A stretch of DNA of 64,000 nucleotides from positions 4,448,001 through 4,512,000 of the forward strand of contig CBDASK010000003.1 in NCBI GenBank assembly GCA_965199495.1. The letters are read 5' to 3'. Below, piece after piece: positions 29,288 to 39,074 of the stretch (the stretch's first letter is position 1; each line of letters starts with the position of its first letter). The notes below the pieces were generated by a model. The model searched no databases. It was given only the letters and a program-made list of their open reading frames with translations, and was not told the origin of the DNA. This stretch comes from Abditibacterium sp. GTDB taxonomy: Bacteria; Armatimonadota; Abditibacteriia; Abditibacteriales; Abditibacteriaceae. Both the position numbers and the translations under genes were made by a program.

Positions 29288-30880
29288 ATGACTTCTTTCA
29301 CCAACAACGCCGCCAACAGCAGCCACGCCGCCGTCGAGAATACGGCCGCGCATCCGGTGATTTTGGAAGCGCACCACATCGTCAAGCGTTTTCCGGGCGT
29401 TATCGCCTTGAAAGATGTGACCTTCGATTTGCGCGCGGGTGAAATTCACGCGCTGTGCGGCGAAAATGGCGCGGGCAAATCTACGCTCATCAAAACGCTG
29501 TCGGGCATTCATCCGTTTGGCTCCTACGAGGGCGAACTATTGCTCGATGGCCAGCCGCTCGAAATGCGCTCGACCGGCGACGCCGAGGCCAATCGCATTT
29601 CGGTGATTTATCAGGAATTAGCCTTAGTGCCCGAAATGACGGTCGCCGAAAACATCTTTCTGGGCAACGAACCGCGCCGTGGCTCCTTTATCAACTGGAT
29701 CGCGATGTCGCAGGAATCGCGCAAATTGCTCGACCGTTTTGGAATCAATATTGATCCCGATACGCGCGTCAGCGATTTGGGCGTCGGCCATCAGCAGTTG
29801 GTCGAAATCGTCAAGGCGCTACGCAAAGAATCGCGTCTGCTGATTTTGGACGAACCGACGGCGGCTTTGAGCGAAAGCGAAGTCGAGATTTTGCTCGATA
29901 TTCTGCACGACCTGCGCGAGCGCGGCGTGACCTGCGTTTATATTTCGCACAAGTTGGACGAAGTTTTCGCCATCGCCGACCGCATCACGATTTTGCGCGA
30001 CGGTGAAAGCGTGGTGACGTTAGATACCGATGAAACCAACCGCGCCGCCGTGATTCAGAATATGGTCGGGCGCGAAATCAAAGATTTGTTTCCGCGTCAC
30101 GCACATCATTTCGGCGACGCGCTGCTCGAAGTGCGCGATTTGAGCGTAGCGCCGCCCGAAGGCTCGACGATGCGGTTGCGCGACATTTCGTTCGATGTGC
30201 GCGCGGGCGAAGTTTTGGGCATCGGCGGCTTGATGGGCGCCGGTCGCAGCGAACTTTTGATGCACATTTTCGGCGCGTGGGGCCAGCGCCTGAGCGGAAC
30301 AGTGACGCTCGCGGGAAAATCATTGGATAAAACTTCGCCCTCACGCTCGATTGAATCGGGGTTGGTGATGGTGACCGAAGACCGCAAACGCTACGGGCTG
30401 GTTTTGGACGAAACCATCGGTTTCAATTTGTCGCTTTCGTCATTGGATGAGATGTCGCCGTTTTACTTGTTGGATCAAAATCACGAGTGGACGCACAACA
30501 CGCATTTTTTCAATTCACTGCGCATCAAGGCGCCGAGTCTGGAAAGCATCGTGGGCAAACTGTCGGGCGGCAACCAGCAAAAAGTCGTCTTGGGCAAGGC
30601 GCTGATGACCAAACCCAAAGTCGTCTTTTTGGACGAGCCGACGCGCGGCATTGATGTCGGCGCCAAGTTGGAAGTTTACAATTTGATCAACAAATTAACG
30701 GAAAGTAAACAGGCGGTCGTTTTGGTTTCGAGCGAACTTCCCGAATTGATGGGCATGAGCGACCGCATCGTGATGCTGTGCGAAGGACGCATCGGCGGCA
30801 TCTTCACGCGCAAAGAAGCCACGCAGGAACGCTTGCTGGCGGCGGCGATGGGTGGAGCCGTCGAGCATCCGTTGACGTGA
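29288..30880 (+). CDS. xylG: Monosaccharide ABC transporter ATPase (XylG-like, two NBDs)
   Basis: GENGAGKS, DEPTAAL, EDRK, LSGGNQQK, DEPTRG. Confidence 0.85.
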   Translation: MTSFTNNAANSSHAAVENTAAHPVILEAHHIVKRFPGVIALKDVTFDLRAGEIHALCGENGAGKSTLIKTLSGIHPFGSYEGELLLDGQPLEMRSTGDAEANRISVIYQELALVPEMTVAENIFLGNEPRRGSFINWIAMSQESRKLLDRFGINIDPDTRVSDLGVGHQQLVEIVKALRKESRLLILDEPTAALSESEVEILLDILHDLRERGVTCVYISHKLDEVFAIADRITILRDGESVVTLDTDETNRAAVIQNMVGREIKDLFPRHAHHFGDALLEVRDLSVAPPEGSTMRLRDISFDVRAGEVLGIGGLMGAGRSELLMHIFGAWGQRLSGTVTLAGKSLDKTSPSRSIESGLVMVTEDRKRYGLVLDETIGFNLSLSSLDEMSPFYLLDQNHEWTHNTHFFNSLRIKAPSLESIVGKLSGGNQQKVVLGKALMTKPKVVFLDEPTRGIDVGAKLEVYNLINKLTESKQAVVLVSSELPELMGMSDRIVMLCEGRIGGIFTRKEATQERLLAAAMGGAVEHPLT

Positions 30881-30919
30881 ATCGAGATTCCAACCAAAAC
30901 GCACATCAACCCCAAAATA

Positions 30920-32119
30920 ATGGCTACATCTACTCTTCCTCAAGTTGAAAAAAAACGCGATCTGGCGCCCGAAGTGAGCGACGAGAACAAAGAAACTCCG
31001 GTCGCTTTGCGCGACTTTTCGATGGTGATCGCGATGATCCTCATCTGCGGCTTTTTCGCGTTTTCGTCTCCGGCGTTTTTGAGCGCGCGCAACCTGTCCA
31101 ACCTCACCGTCGAACTTTCGATTACGGCGATTCTGTCGTTGGGAATGCTGCTCATCATTTTGCCGGGCTATATAGATCTTTCCATTGGCAGCGGCGTGGG
31201 GCTTCTGGGCGGCATCTCCGCCGTTTTGTTGTTCCAACACGACTGGCCCGCACCGCTCGCCATGTTGGTTTCGATCTTCGCTGGCATCGCCATCTGGTTC
31301 GGCATGGGCGCGCTCATCGTGACCCAACGCATTCCAGCGTTTATCATCACGCTCGCGGGCTTGCTGGTTTTCAAGGGCTTGCACTGGAAAGTCATCCAGA
31401 ACGCGACGATTCCGGTCACACGCGGCGGCGTGGACAACTTGTATTCGTCGCTGACGACGTGGTATTTGCCGCCGATTTGGAGCGCTCTGCTGGGCGTGGC
31501 TGTGTTCGCCATTATGGTCGTGGGCTCGCTCAAAGCGCGCCAGCGCCGCGAGCATTACAACTTGACCGTTGATTCCAATGAAGTCACGTTTTCGCGTTTG
31601 CTGGTGACGGGCCAACTGATCGCGCTGTTTGTTTTGGTCTGCAACAATTATCAGGGCATTCCGCTTTCGGCGCTCATTTTGGCGGCGGCGAGCGTGGCGA
31701 CCTGGGTTTTGACCCAGCACACACGCTTTGGCCGCTATCTCTATGCCATCGGCGGCAACGAGGAAGCCGCGCACGTTTCGGGCATTCCCGTCGCCAAAGT
31801 CGTGATTTGCACCTTCGCGATTATGGGTTTCATTACCGCGCTGGGCGGCTTCATGCAAACCGCTTATGCGGGCGCTTCGACGACGACGACGGGCGCCCTG
31901 CTGGAACTCGATGCCATCGCCGCGTGCGTTATTGGCGGCACCAGTCTCAAGGGCGGGCGCGGCAATGTCGTGGGCGTTTTGTTCGGCTCGCTGATTATGG
32001 CGACGCTACTCAACGGCATGACGCTGTTGGCCGTCGCGCCCGAAGAAAAATACGTCGCGCGCGGTCTGGTTCTGGCGCTGGCCGTTTGGATGGACGTGCG
32101 CTTGAATCGCGGAAAATAA
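30920..32119 (+). CDS. xylH: Monosaccharide ABC transporter permease (XylH-like)
   Basis: GYIDLSIGS, TRFGRYLYAIGGNEEAA, ELDAIAACVIGGTSL. Confidence 0.85.
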   Translation: MATSTLPQVEKKRDLAPEVSDENKETPVALRDFSMVIAMILICGFFAFSSPAFLSARNLSNLTVELSITAILSLGMLLIILPGYIDLSIGSGVGLLGGISAVLLFQHDWPAPLAMLVSIFAGIAIWFGMGALIVTQRIPAFIITLAGLLVFKGLHWKVIQNATIPVTRGGVDNLYSSLTTWYLPPIWSALLGVAVFAIMVVGSLKARQRREHYNLTVDSNEVTFSRLLVTGQLIALFVLVCNNYQGIPLSALILAAASVATWVLTQHTRFGRYLYAIGGNEEAAHVSGIPVAKVVICTFAIMGFITALGGFMQTAYAGASTTTTGALLELDAIAACVIGGTSLKGGRGNVVGVLFGSLIMATLLNGMTLLAVAPEEKYVARGLVLALAVWMDVRLNRGK

Positions 32120-32136
32120 ACGACCACAAAAACATC

Positions 32137-32967
32137 ATGAAAAAGTTCAATTCTCTTGCCTTGCTGCGCTCTTTCGCTCTGGCTGGCGTCATCGCTGGCG
32201 GCGTGGCTGTTGATTTCGGCTGTCGCTCGCAGGCCGTCGCTCAACCGACGGTAATCGAAGAGAAAGCGCCAGAACCCAAGAAAGCCGACGCGAAAATGTC
32301 GGAAACCGTGCCCGCCGATTCGCCTCATGCGGACGAAATCAACGCGTTCATCGCCGCCGACAAAAAGCAGATGCCGCCGCAAGGCGCCGTTTTGTTCATC
32401 GGCAGTTCGAGCATCCGCTACTGGGACACCTTAGCGCAGGATTTCCCCGAAATCCCGGTCATCAATCGCGGTTTCGGCGGTTCACTGGTCGAAGAAAGCA
32501 CGCGTTATGCCGACCGTATCGCCATTCCGTATAAGCCGAAGATGATCGTGATGTTCGCGGGCACCAACGACCTGGATTACGGCGGCAAAACCCCACAACA
32601 GGTCTTCGACGATTACAAAGCGTTCGTTGCCAAAGTCCGCGCGAGTCTGCCCGGCGTGCGCATGGTTTATCTGGCGATTAGCCCGACCAAGTCGCGCTGG
32701 AAATCCGAAGAGAAAGTTTTGCAGGCCAACCACCTGATTCAGGATTGGATGATTCTGAACAACTCGCCCGAAAACAAGTTGAATTTCATCAACACGCACG
32801 ATCCGTTGTTGACGGCCAATGGTGGGCCGCCAGTGAATCTGGAGCGCGATGACGGTTTGCACTTCAATAAAGAAGGCTACAAAGTGTGGACATCGCTGAT
32901 GAAACCGCAAATTCTGGCGCTGGCCGAAATGGAAGGCGTCAAGCGTTTGGATAAAGACAAAAATTAA
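32137..32967 (+). CDS. Secreted SGNH/GDSL hydrolase, paralog of the 10851-12263 catalytic domain
   Basis: LFIGSSS, NRGFGGS, AGTND, DGLH; start taken at MKKFN. Confidence 0.85.
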   Translation: MKKFNSLALLRSFALAGVIAGGVAVDFGCRSQAVAQPTVIEEKAPEPKKADAKMSETVPADSPHADEINAFIAADKKQMPPQGAVLFIGSSSIRYWDTLAQDFPEIPVINRGFGGSLVEESTRYADRIAIPYKPKMIVMFAGTNDLDYGGKTPQQVFDDYKAFVAKVRASLPGVRMVYLAISPTKSRWKSEEKVLQANHLIQDWMILNNSPENKLNFINTHDPLLTANGGPPVNLERDDGLHFNKEGYKVWTSLMKPQILALAEMEGVKRLDKDKN

Positions 32968-32980
32968 GCTGTAAAAAATC

Positions 32981-33014
32981 AAAATCCCGCGATAAAAATA
33001 TCGCGGGATTTTTT
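32981..33014 (+). terminator. Intrinsic terminator
   Basis: AAAATCCCGCGATA...TATCGCGGGATTTTTT. Confidence 0.85.
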
Positions 33015-33310
33015 GGGGTTTCAAGCAGTGAATCACCTTAAAATGTGGGTCTGGGATCGCGCTTCGCGCGCAACTGTCCGCCTTCGCGGACAAAGTGCAT
33101 CGCAATTGCCTGTCGGATTAAACCGTCAAAATGAAACATACTACGAAATGCGTAACGATAATCTAAGCTGGGCTTACGCGAGTGGGAATGTCTGGGACTC
33201 AAACCGGCAAATTAGCAAAATTAATATCAGTGTTGTATACCATAAGCCGTTCTTCCGACTGAATAGTTTCTAAACTAAAAGCGGTTTCCCCAATTTTCAA
33301 ATTTCAAATA

Positions 33311-35746
33311 ATGCCCAAATCTCTGATTCAATCGGTTCTTTCGACGGGCGCGCGCGCAGTTTTGCCTGTGTTGCTGAGTCTGGGAATCGCCCAATCTTCG
33401 CACGCTCAGACTAAAACCAAACTCATCGTCTGGGGCTTGCAAACCGGGCCGGAATCCGCCGGTCTGGACGCGCAACTCGCCGAGTTTGAGAAGCGCAATC
33501 CCGACATCGAAATTTCGGCGCTCTCGATTGGCGCGGGTTCGATGAACCCGCAGAAGTTGATGACTTCGATTGTCGGCGGAGCGCCGCCTGATTTGATCAA
33601 CCAAGATCGTTTCACCATCGGCGACTGGGCTTCGCGCGACGCGTTTTCGCCACTCGATGAGTTTTTGGCTGCCGAAAAAGGCGGCAAAGACCCGATTAGC
33701 GCCGAAAGTTTTTATCCGGCGGCGTGGAAAGAGGCCGTTTACAAGGGCCACGTTTATGGCATCCCGACCAACATTGACGACCGCGCGCTTTATTATAATC
33801 GCAAGCTGTTTCGCGAAGCTGGCCTCGACCCCAACAAGCCGCCACGCACATGGGAGGAGTTGCAGCAAGCCGCCAAAAAGCTGACCAAAACGCGCAAAGA
33901 TGGCTCGTTTGAACAGATCGGTTTCATTCCCAACTGGGGCAACTCGTGGCTTTATCTTTACGCGTGGCAAAATGGCGGCGAGTTCATGAGTCCAGATGGG
34001 AAAAAATGCACGCTCGATGCGCCCCAAAACGTCGGTGCGCTCAAGTATATGGCCGACTTCTACGATATGTTGGGCGGCTACGACAAAGTCAACATCTTCC
34101 AGAGCGGCTTCCAATCGAATGAGCAAGACCCGTTTTTCACCGGCAAAATCGCGATGGTGATCAATGGTTCGTGGAACTTAAACAACATTGCGCGCTACGC
34201 GCCCGACCTGGACTTCGGCGTGGCTCCTGCTCCGGTGCCCGCCGCGCGCTTGAAGGGCGAGGGCCGCTTCAAGGGCGACGATCCGTTTATTACGTGGTCG
34301 GGCGGCGCTTCGCTGGCGATTCCGATGGGCGCCAAGCATCCCAAAGAGGCGTGGCGTTTTCTGAAATGGATGGTCAGCGAAGAGGCCGCCGTTTTGGGCG
34401 CGAGCAAGCAGAAAGCGTTCAACCTGAGACAGGGCCGTCCTTACGTTTTCGATTTCACCTCGCGTCCCGAAATCAATCAAGTTTTGTTGCAAAAATTCGC
34501 GCCATCTTCCAAGAGCTTGAAAGATGGCCAAAGCGAATTTATTGATTTGCTTAAAGTCTCGAAATATCGTCCGGTCACGTTCGTGGGCCAAACGCTGTGG
34601 GACGCGCATGTGCGCGCCTTCGAGCAAGCCTGTCAGCACGCCCAAACGCCCAAAGCGGCGCTAACCGAACAGACGAATTTGGTGCAAAAAGAACTGAACG
34701 CCGCGTTCGCGCGCGATTCTCTGCCGCTGTTTTCGTTCAAGTGGCCGATCATCACGATTGCCGCGCTGTGTTTGTTTGGTCTGGCGTTTGGCGGCACGCG
34801 CATGAAACAGCAGATCGGCGGTTCGCGCATGGCCAAACAAGAAACAAAAGCCGCCTATCTGATGGCCTCGCCGTGGATTATCGGATTTTTGCTGCTGACA
34901 GCCGGACCGATTTTGTCTTCGATTCTGCTGGCGTTTTCCTATTATGATGTGTTGCACGCGCCACGCTACGCGGGCTTAGCGAACTTTCATACGCTCTTCA
35001 CCGACGACCGCGAATTGATGATAAAAGCGTTTTATAACGCGGGCTATCTGGCGATTATCGGTATTCCTCTGGGCATGGCGACGGGACTGGCGATTGCGAT
35101 GCTTTTGAACATGAAAGTCAAGGGCATGAACTGGTATCGCACGGCGTTTTATATTCCTTCGATTGTGCCCGCAGTCGCTTCGGCGGTGTTGTGGAGCTGG
35201 ATTTTGGCGGGCGATCCGTCCAAGGGCTTGCTCAACGCCGTATGGAGCGCGACTTTGACGCAGTGGTTTGGCTGGTTGCCGCCGGGCTGGTTCGGCGTGG
35301 CTGACTGGGCCAAGCCGGGACTTATCGTTCAGGGATTGTGGGGCGCGGGCGGCGGCATGATTTTATGGCTGGCCGGTTTGCAGGGCGTGCCGTCGAGCCT
35401 CTATGAAGCCGCGCGCATTGACGGCGCGAGCGGCTGGAAACAGTTCCGCCACGTCACGCTCCCGATGCTTTCGCCCTATATCTTCTTCAACTTGATTATG
35501 GGCACCATCGGCGCGCTTCAAGAGTTCGACCGCGTTTACGTTCTGGGCGGCGGATCGGGCGGTGCCGGGCCATTGGATTCGATGTTGGTGCCGGTGCTTT
35601 ACCTGTTCAACAACGCGTTCCGCTTCTTCAAGATGGGTTATGCCAGCGCAATTGCGTGGGTTGTGTTCGTGATTATCCTCATTCTGGCGCTGATTCAGTT
35701 CTGGGCGCAGAAATATTGGGTGCATTACGAATCGGATAAAAAGTAG
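33311..35746 (+). CDS. Fused carbohydrate ABC substrate-binding protein and permease
   Basis: Signal peptide, SBP family 1 domain (LYYNRKLFREAGLDP...PPRTWEEL), then a TM domain with EAA loop LYEAARIDGA. Confidence 0.9.
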   Translation: MPKSLIQSVLSTGARAVLPVLLSLGIAQSSHAQTKTKLIVWGLQTGPESAGLDAQLAEFEKRNPDIEISALSIGAGSMNPQKLMTSIVGGAPPDLINQDRFTIGDWASRDAFSPLDEFLAAEKGGKDPISAESFYPAAWKEAVYKGHVYGIPTNIDDRALYYNRKLFREAGLDPNKPPRTWEELQQAAKKLTKTRKDGSFEQIGFIPNWGNSWLYLYAWQNGGEFMSPDGKKCTLDAPQNVGALKYMADFYDMLGGYDKVNIFQSGFQSNEQDPFFTGKIAMVINGSWNLNNIARYAPDLDFGVAPAPVPAARLKGEGRFKGDDPFITWSGGASLAIPMGAKHPKEAWRFLKWMVSEEAAVLGASKQKAFNLRQGRPYVFDFTSRPEINQVLLQKFAPSSKSLKDGQSEFIDLLKVSKYRPVTFVGQTLWDAHVRAFEQACQHAQTPKAALTEQTNLVQKELNAAFARDSLPLFSFKWPIITIAALCLFGLAFGGTRMKQQIGGSRMAKQETKAAYLMASPWIIGFLLLTAGPILSSILLAFSYYDVLHAPRYAGLANFHTLFTDDRELMIKAFYNAGYLAIIGIPLGMATGLAIAMLLNMKVKGMNWYRTAFYIPSIVPAVASAVLWSWILAGDPSKGLLNAVWSATLTQWFGWLPPGWFGVADWAKPGLIVQGLWGAGGGMILWLAGLQGVPSSLYEAARIDGASGWKQFRHVTLPMLSPYIFFNLIMGTIGALQEFDRVYVLGGGSGGAGPLDSMLVPVLYLFNNAFRFFKMGYASAIAWVVFVIILILALIQFWAQKYWVHYESDKK

Positions 35747-35785
35747 AGTTGCGGAGAACGTAACATTTAATTTCCACAAAAAATT

Positions 35786-37117
35786 ATGACATCTCTTGTC
35801 TGGCTGATCGCCATTGTTCTGGGCGTCGTGGCGCTCGTTGTTCTGGTGAGTTCCTTTGTCGCGTCCATTCGCGCGGCGCAAATGCCACTTGTTGGCCTAA
35901 GCGCCCTCCTCAACGCCGGATTTTTCGCGACGCTGTGGCTCATTCCCAGCGCCTACATCATCGCGCTGGTTTCGTTGCTAATGATTCCGCTCGCGCTTTT
36001 GCTGGTCAAGCGCGGCACGCGCAACGGCGCGCAGGCGCAGCAGGTCACCAAACTTTCGGCGGCGCATTGCACCCTGATGGCCGGTTCGCTGATGTTTTTG
36101 ATTCCGTTCGCGTGGCTGATTTCGACTTCGCTCAAGCCCGACGACGAGCAGGCGGCATTTCCGCCGATCTGGATTCCGACCCAGCAAATTACGTCGGGCG
36201 CCGTCAAGATGACCGACGGCAAACCCGCGCCGGTTTCGTGGTGGATGAAGGGCACGCCCAAAGAGCAACCCGTCGCCGAAGTCGCCGATTTGCCATCGGG
36301 CAGCATCATGGTGCAACCGCTCGCGCTGGAATCAGGCGTTAAAATTCCCGATGAAGCCTCGAAAGCGCAGGGCGCGACCTTTGAAGCCACGCCGGGCGAG
36401 TTGGAAAAAGTTCGCGCCGTCAACCCGCGCTGGCAGAACTACGCCGACGCCCTCGAATTTTTGCCGCCAGAAACCCATTACGGCTTGACGTTCCTGATGA
36501 ACACGCTGTTTCTCACGCTGATGTCAGTCATCGGAACCGTGATTTCGTCGTCGCTGGTCGCCTACGCGTTCGCGCGTTTGCGCTGGCCGGGCAAAAATTT
36601 GTTGTTTGTGGTTTTGCTGGCGACGATGATGGTGCCGGGCGCCGTCACGTTGATGCCGCAGTTCTTGATTTTCCGCAGTTTGGGCTGGGTTGACACGCTC
36701 TTGCCACTGTGGGTGCCCGCGTTTTTTGCGGCGCCATTCAACGTGTTTTTGCTGCGCCAGTTCTTCATGTCAATCCCCGGCGAACTCGAAGACGCCGCCA
36801 AAATTGACGGTTGCGGCCCGCTCGCGATTTACTGGCGCATCATGTTGCCCCAAGTCAAACCGGCTTTGGCCGCCATCAGCATTTTGAGTATCATGGGCGC
36901 ATGGAACAACTTCCAGGGGCCGCTGATTTACGTCTCGTCGCCCGAAAAGATGCCGCTCGCCTACGCGTTGCAGCTTTACCAGCAACAGCACGGCGGCGAA
37001 CCCGGCTTGCTGATGGCCGCTTCAACCTTAGTCGTGTTACCGATTATCGTGCTGTTCTTCTTCACGCAACGCTACTTCATCGAGGGCGTATCGTTTAGCG
37101 GCATGGGCGGACGATAG
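35786..37117 (+). CDS. Carbohydrate ABC transporter permease with extra N-terminal TMs and a loop insertion
   Basis: AYAFARL, ELEDAAKIDG, AWNNF. Confidence 0.9.
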   Translation: MTSLVWLIAIVLGVVALVVLVSSFVASIRAAQMPLVGLSALLNAGFFATLWLIPSAYIIALVSLLMIPLALLLVKRGTRNGAQAQQVTKLSAAHCTLMAGSLMFLIPFAWLISTSLKPDDEQAAFPPIWIPTQQITSGAVKMTDGKPAPVSWWMKGTPKEQPVAEVADLPSGSIMVQPLALESGVKIPDEASKAQGATFEATPGELEKVRAVNPRWQNYADALEFLPPETHYGLTFLMNTLFLTLMSVIGTVISSSLVAYAFARLRWPGKNLLFVVLLATMMVPGAVTLMPQFLIFRSLGWVDTLLPLWVPAFFAAPFNVFLLRQFFMSIPGELEDAAKIDGCGPLAIYWRIMLPQVKPALAAISILSIMGAWNNFQGPLIYVSSPEKMPLAYALQLYQQQHGGEPGLLMAASTLVVLPIIVLFFFTQRYFIEGVSFSGMGGR

Positions 37118-37181
37118 ATGGAAACAGCGCGGCCAATGATGCAGCCACGTCGCCCGCGCGGTCTTCTAAAGAACCATCTCA

Positions 37182-37226
37182 AAATAAAAGAGCCGCTTCC
37201 CGTTTTGGGAAGCGGCTCTTTTATTT
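37182..37226. terminator. Bidirectional terminator
   Basis: AAATAAAAGAGCCGCTTCCC...GGGAAGCGGCTCTTTTATTT. Confidence 0.85.
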
Positions 37227-37303
37227 CTCATTAATCTTCATGCTCTAAAGTGTCTGCATTTGGCTGTCTCGCACTTCTGCCGAATCTGGTTTGCATCCGT
37301 ATT

Positions 37304-38719
37304 TCACTTCGCCAACTTCATCTTCTCCATCAACTGGCGTTGCTGCTCATCCATCTGGCGCCGATAGGTCTGCCATCGCGCCTCTTCCAAACCCTGTAAA
37401 TGTTTGGGCCACCATTGCGCGCCCACTTCGGCGACTTGCTCTTGCCGGGCATCGAATGCGGAGCGCGGCAGAACTGGCCCCAATTCCGAAACGAGGCGCG
37501 CCAGTATCTGATGAGCACCAAAAGCGACATCGCCTTGCGGGTCGCGAAGCGCGACGAGCAGATAAGGCACGCTACTTTCGTCAGCCAACTTACCGAGAGC
37601 CTGAATTGCGGCTCGCCGAGTGGTTTCGCTCCGCATGAACAATGCTTCGTTGAGCATAGGCAACTCCTCGGCATCGTGCGTTTGACCAGCTTTCAATTCG
37701 ATGGAATCTTTGGCTTCGGCGCGGGAATGTTTGCCCGCTAATTCATCGTGCCACCAGGAAAAGAACAATTGTCGCTCGCCCGTCTTTTGTTTCTCGAACT
37801 GATCTGAACTGAAATTGTTGGGCACCGCGGGCAAAATATCGTGCAAAACGGCGCAACTATAAGGCGCGACAAACTTCTGCGGGTCTTGATCGTATAACGC
37901 CAGTAACAAGAAAGGAACCGAATCTCTTGTCGCCATGTTGGACAACGCCATGACCGAGTTCAACCGGATGCCGCTGGGAGAAGCGAACATCGCTTTTTCC
38001 AGAAAAGGTTTGGCCTCTTTGACTTTATACTCGCTGATTAGCGGACCCGATGCGCCCCCAAAGGTGAAACTCTTAGCACGAGCCACGATCATTGGAATGG
38101 CAGAAACTTGCTGGTTTCGAGCGAAGTTTGATAACGCAGCATCAGCAATATAATCATCTTTATCGTTCACGTAGCGAGCCAGAAATTGCATCGCGGATTT
38201 GGTGCGAAACTGTGATAGCAAGAAAACGGACAGCTGACGCAGAGAATCCTCCTCGCATCCTTTGGCAAGAATTCGCTCGACGTTTTGCTCTGGCGTTAAG
38301 CTCTCGTCTACGAGCGAAATCGCGGCTTCGGACAATGGAACCAAAGAGGCACATTCGGTCCTGAGCTTAAATCCCTCTTTATCATCTGGAATCAGAAGCA
38401 CAAGAAAATTGTCTCCTTCTCTGATTCTGAACGAGAAAAATAGATTACGATAGTAATCCCTGTCTATATCCCACCGAGGATTGAGCGAAATTTTCTGTGG
38501 AGCCTCGCCTTTGATACTCTTCTTGAGAGACAGAACGATCTTCTCGCTTCGATCAAAGTAAGTCGCGTTAGGATCCTCCCCCTCTTCGGCTTGAGCAATA
38601 GCAATGACAGGTGTAGAACGGACAACCGCATCGAAGCTTGAAGGATTTAAAATTCTTGCAAAACTGCTTCCTGTGCCGAGTAACACAGCACAGAGAACAA
38701 AGAAAGTCAATTTGAACAT
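37304..38719 (-). CDS. Secreted HEAT/PBS-lyase-like repeat protein
   Basis: Signal peptide; repeats such as RRAAIQALGKLADESSVPYLLVALRD and IRLNSVMALSNMATRDSVPFLLLALYD. Confidence 0.7.
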   Translation of the reverse strand: MFKLTFFVLCAVLLGTGSSFARILNPSSFDAVVRSTPVIAIAQAEEGEDPNATYFDRSEKIVLSLKKSIKGEAPQKISLNPRWDIDRDYYRNLFFSFRIREGDNFLVLLIPDDKEGFKLRTECASLVPLSEAAISLVDESLTPEQNVERILAKGCEEDSLRQLSVFLLSQFRTKSAMQFLARYVNDKDDYIADAALSNFARNQQVSAIPMIVARAKSFTFGGASGPLISEYKVKEAKPFLEKAMFASPSGIRLNSVMALSNMATRDSVPFLLLALYDQDPQKFVAPYSCAVLHDILPAVPNNFSSDQFEKQKTGERQLFFSWWHDELAGKHSRAEAKDSIELKAGQTHDAEELPMLNEALFMRSETTRRAAIQALGKLADESSVPYLLVALRDPQGDVAFGAHQILARLVSELGPVLPRSAFDARQEQVAEVGAQWWPKHLQGLEEARWQTYRRQMDEQQRQLMEKMKLAK

Positions 38720-38875
38720 TTGATATGGTGTTCCGCAAAGGGAATTAGGAAGCGGTTTTCCGACCTTTCGAGGTTAGCAAAGTTGCTTTTGCGAAAAATG
38801 AACCCTCATTTTCAACAGGAGTTACGCAAATGCTTCCAACCGTAGGTAGCGGCCTTTTATGAGATGCAACCGTGC

Positions 38876-38973
38876 CGTAGAGACACCGGCTTATCGTGTC
38901 TAAAATGTCAATGAACGCCACAAGGTTAAAGCAAATCCGGCGTTTTTAGACACGACAAGTCGGTGTCTCTACG
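38876..38973. repeat. GTAG-type REP doublet (REPIN-like)
   Basis: CGTAGAGACACCGGCTTATCGTGTCTAAAA ... TTTTAGACACGACAAGTCGGTGTCTCTACG. Confidence 0.9.
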
Positions 38974-39024
38974 ATACGGCGGCGCAATCCACAACAATAA
39001 TTATCAGCGAGGCTTAACGCAACC

Positions 39025-39060
39025 AAAAAGCGCCGTTCCCCATTGGGAACGGCGCTTTTT
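39025..39060. terminator. Intrinsic terminator
   Basis: AAAAAGCGCCGTTCCC...GGGAACGGCGCTTTTT. Confidence 0.85.
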
Positions 39061-39074
39061 ACATTCCAGCAGAC

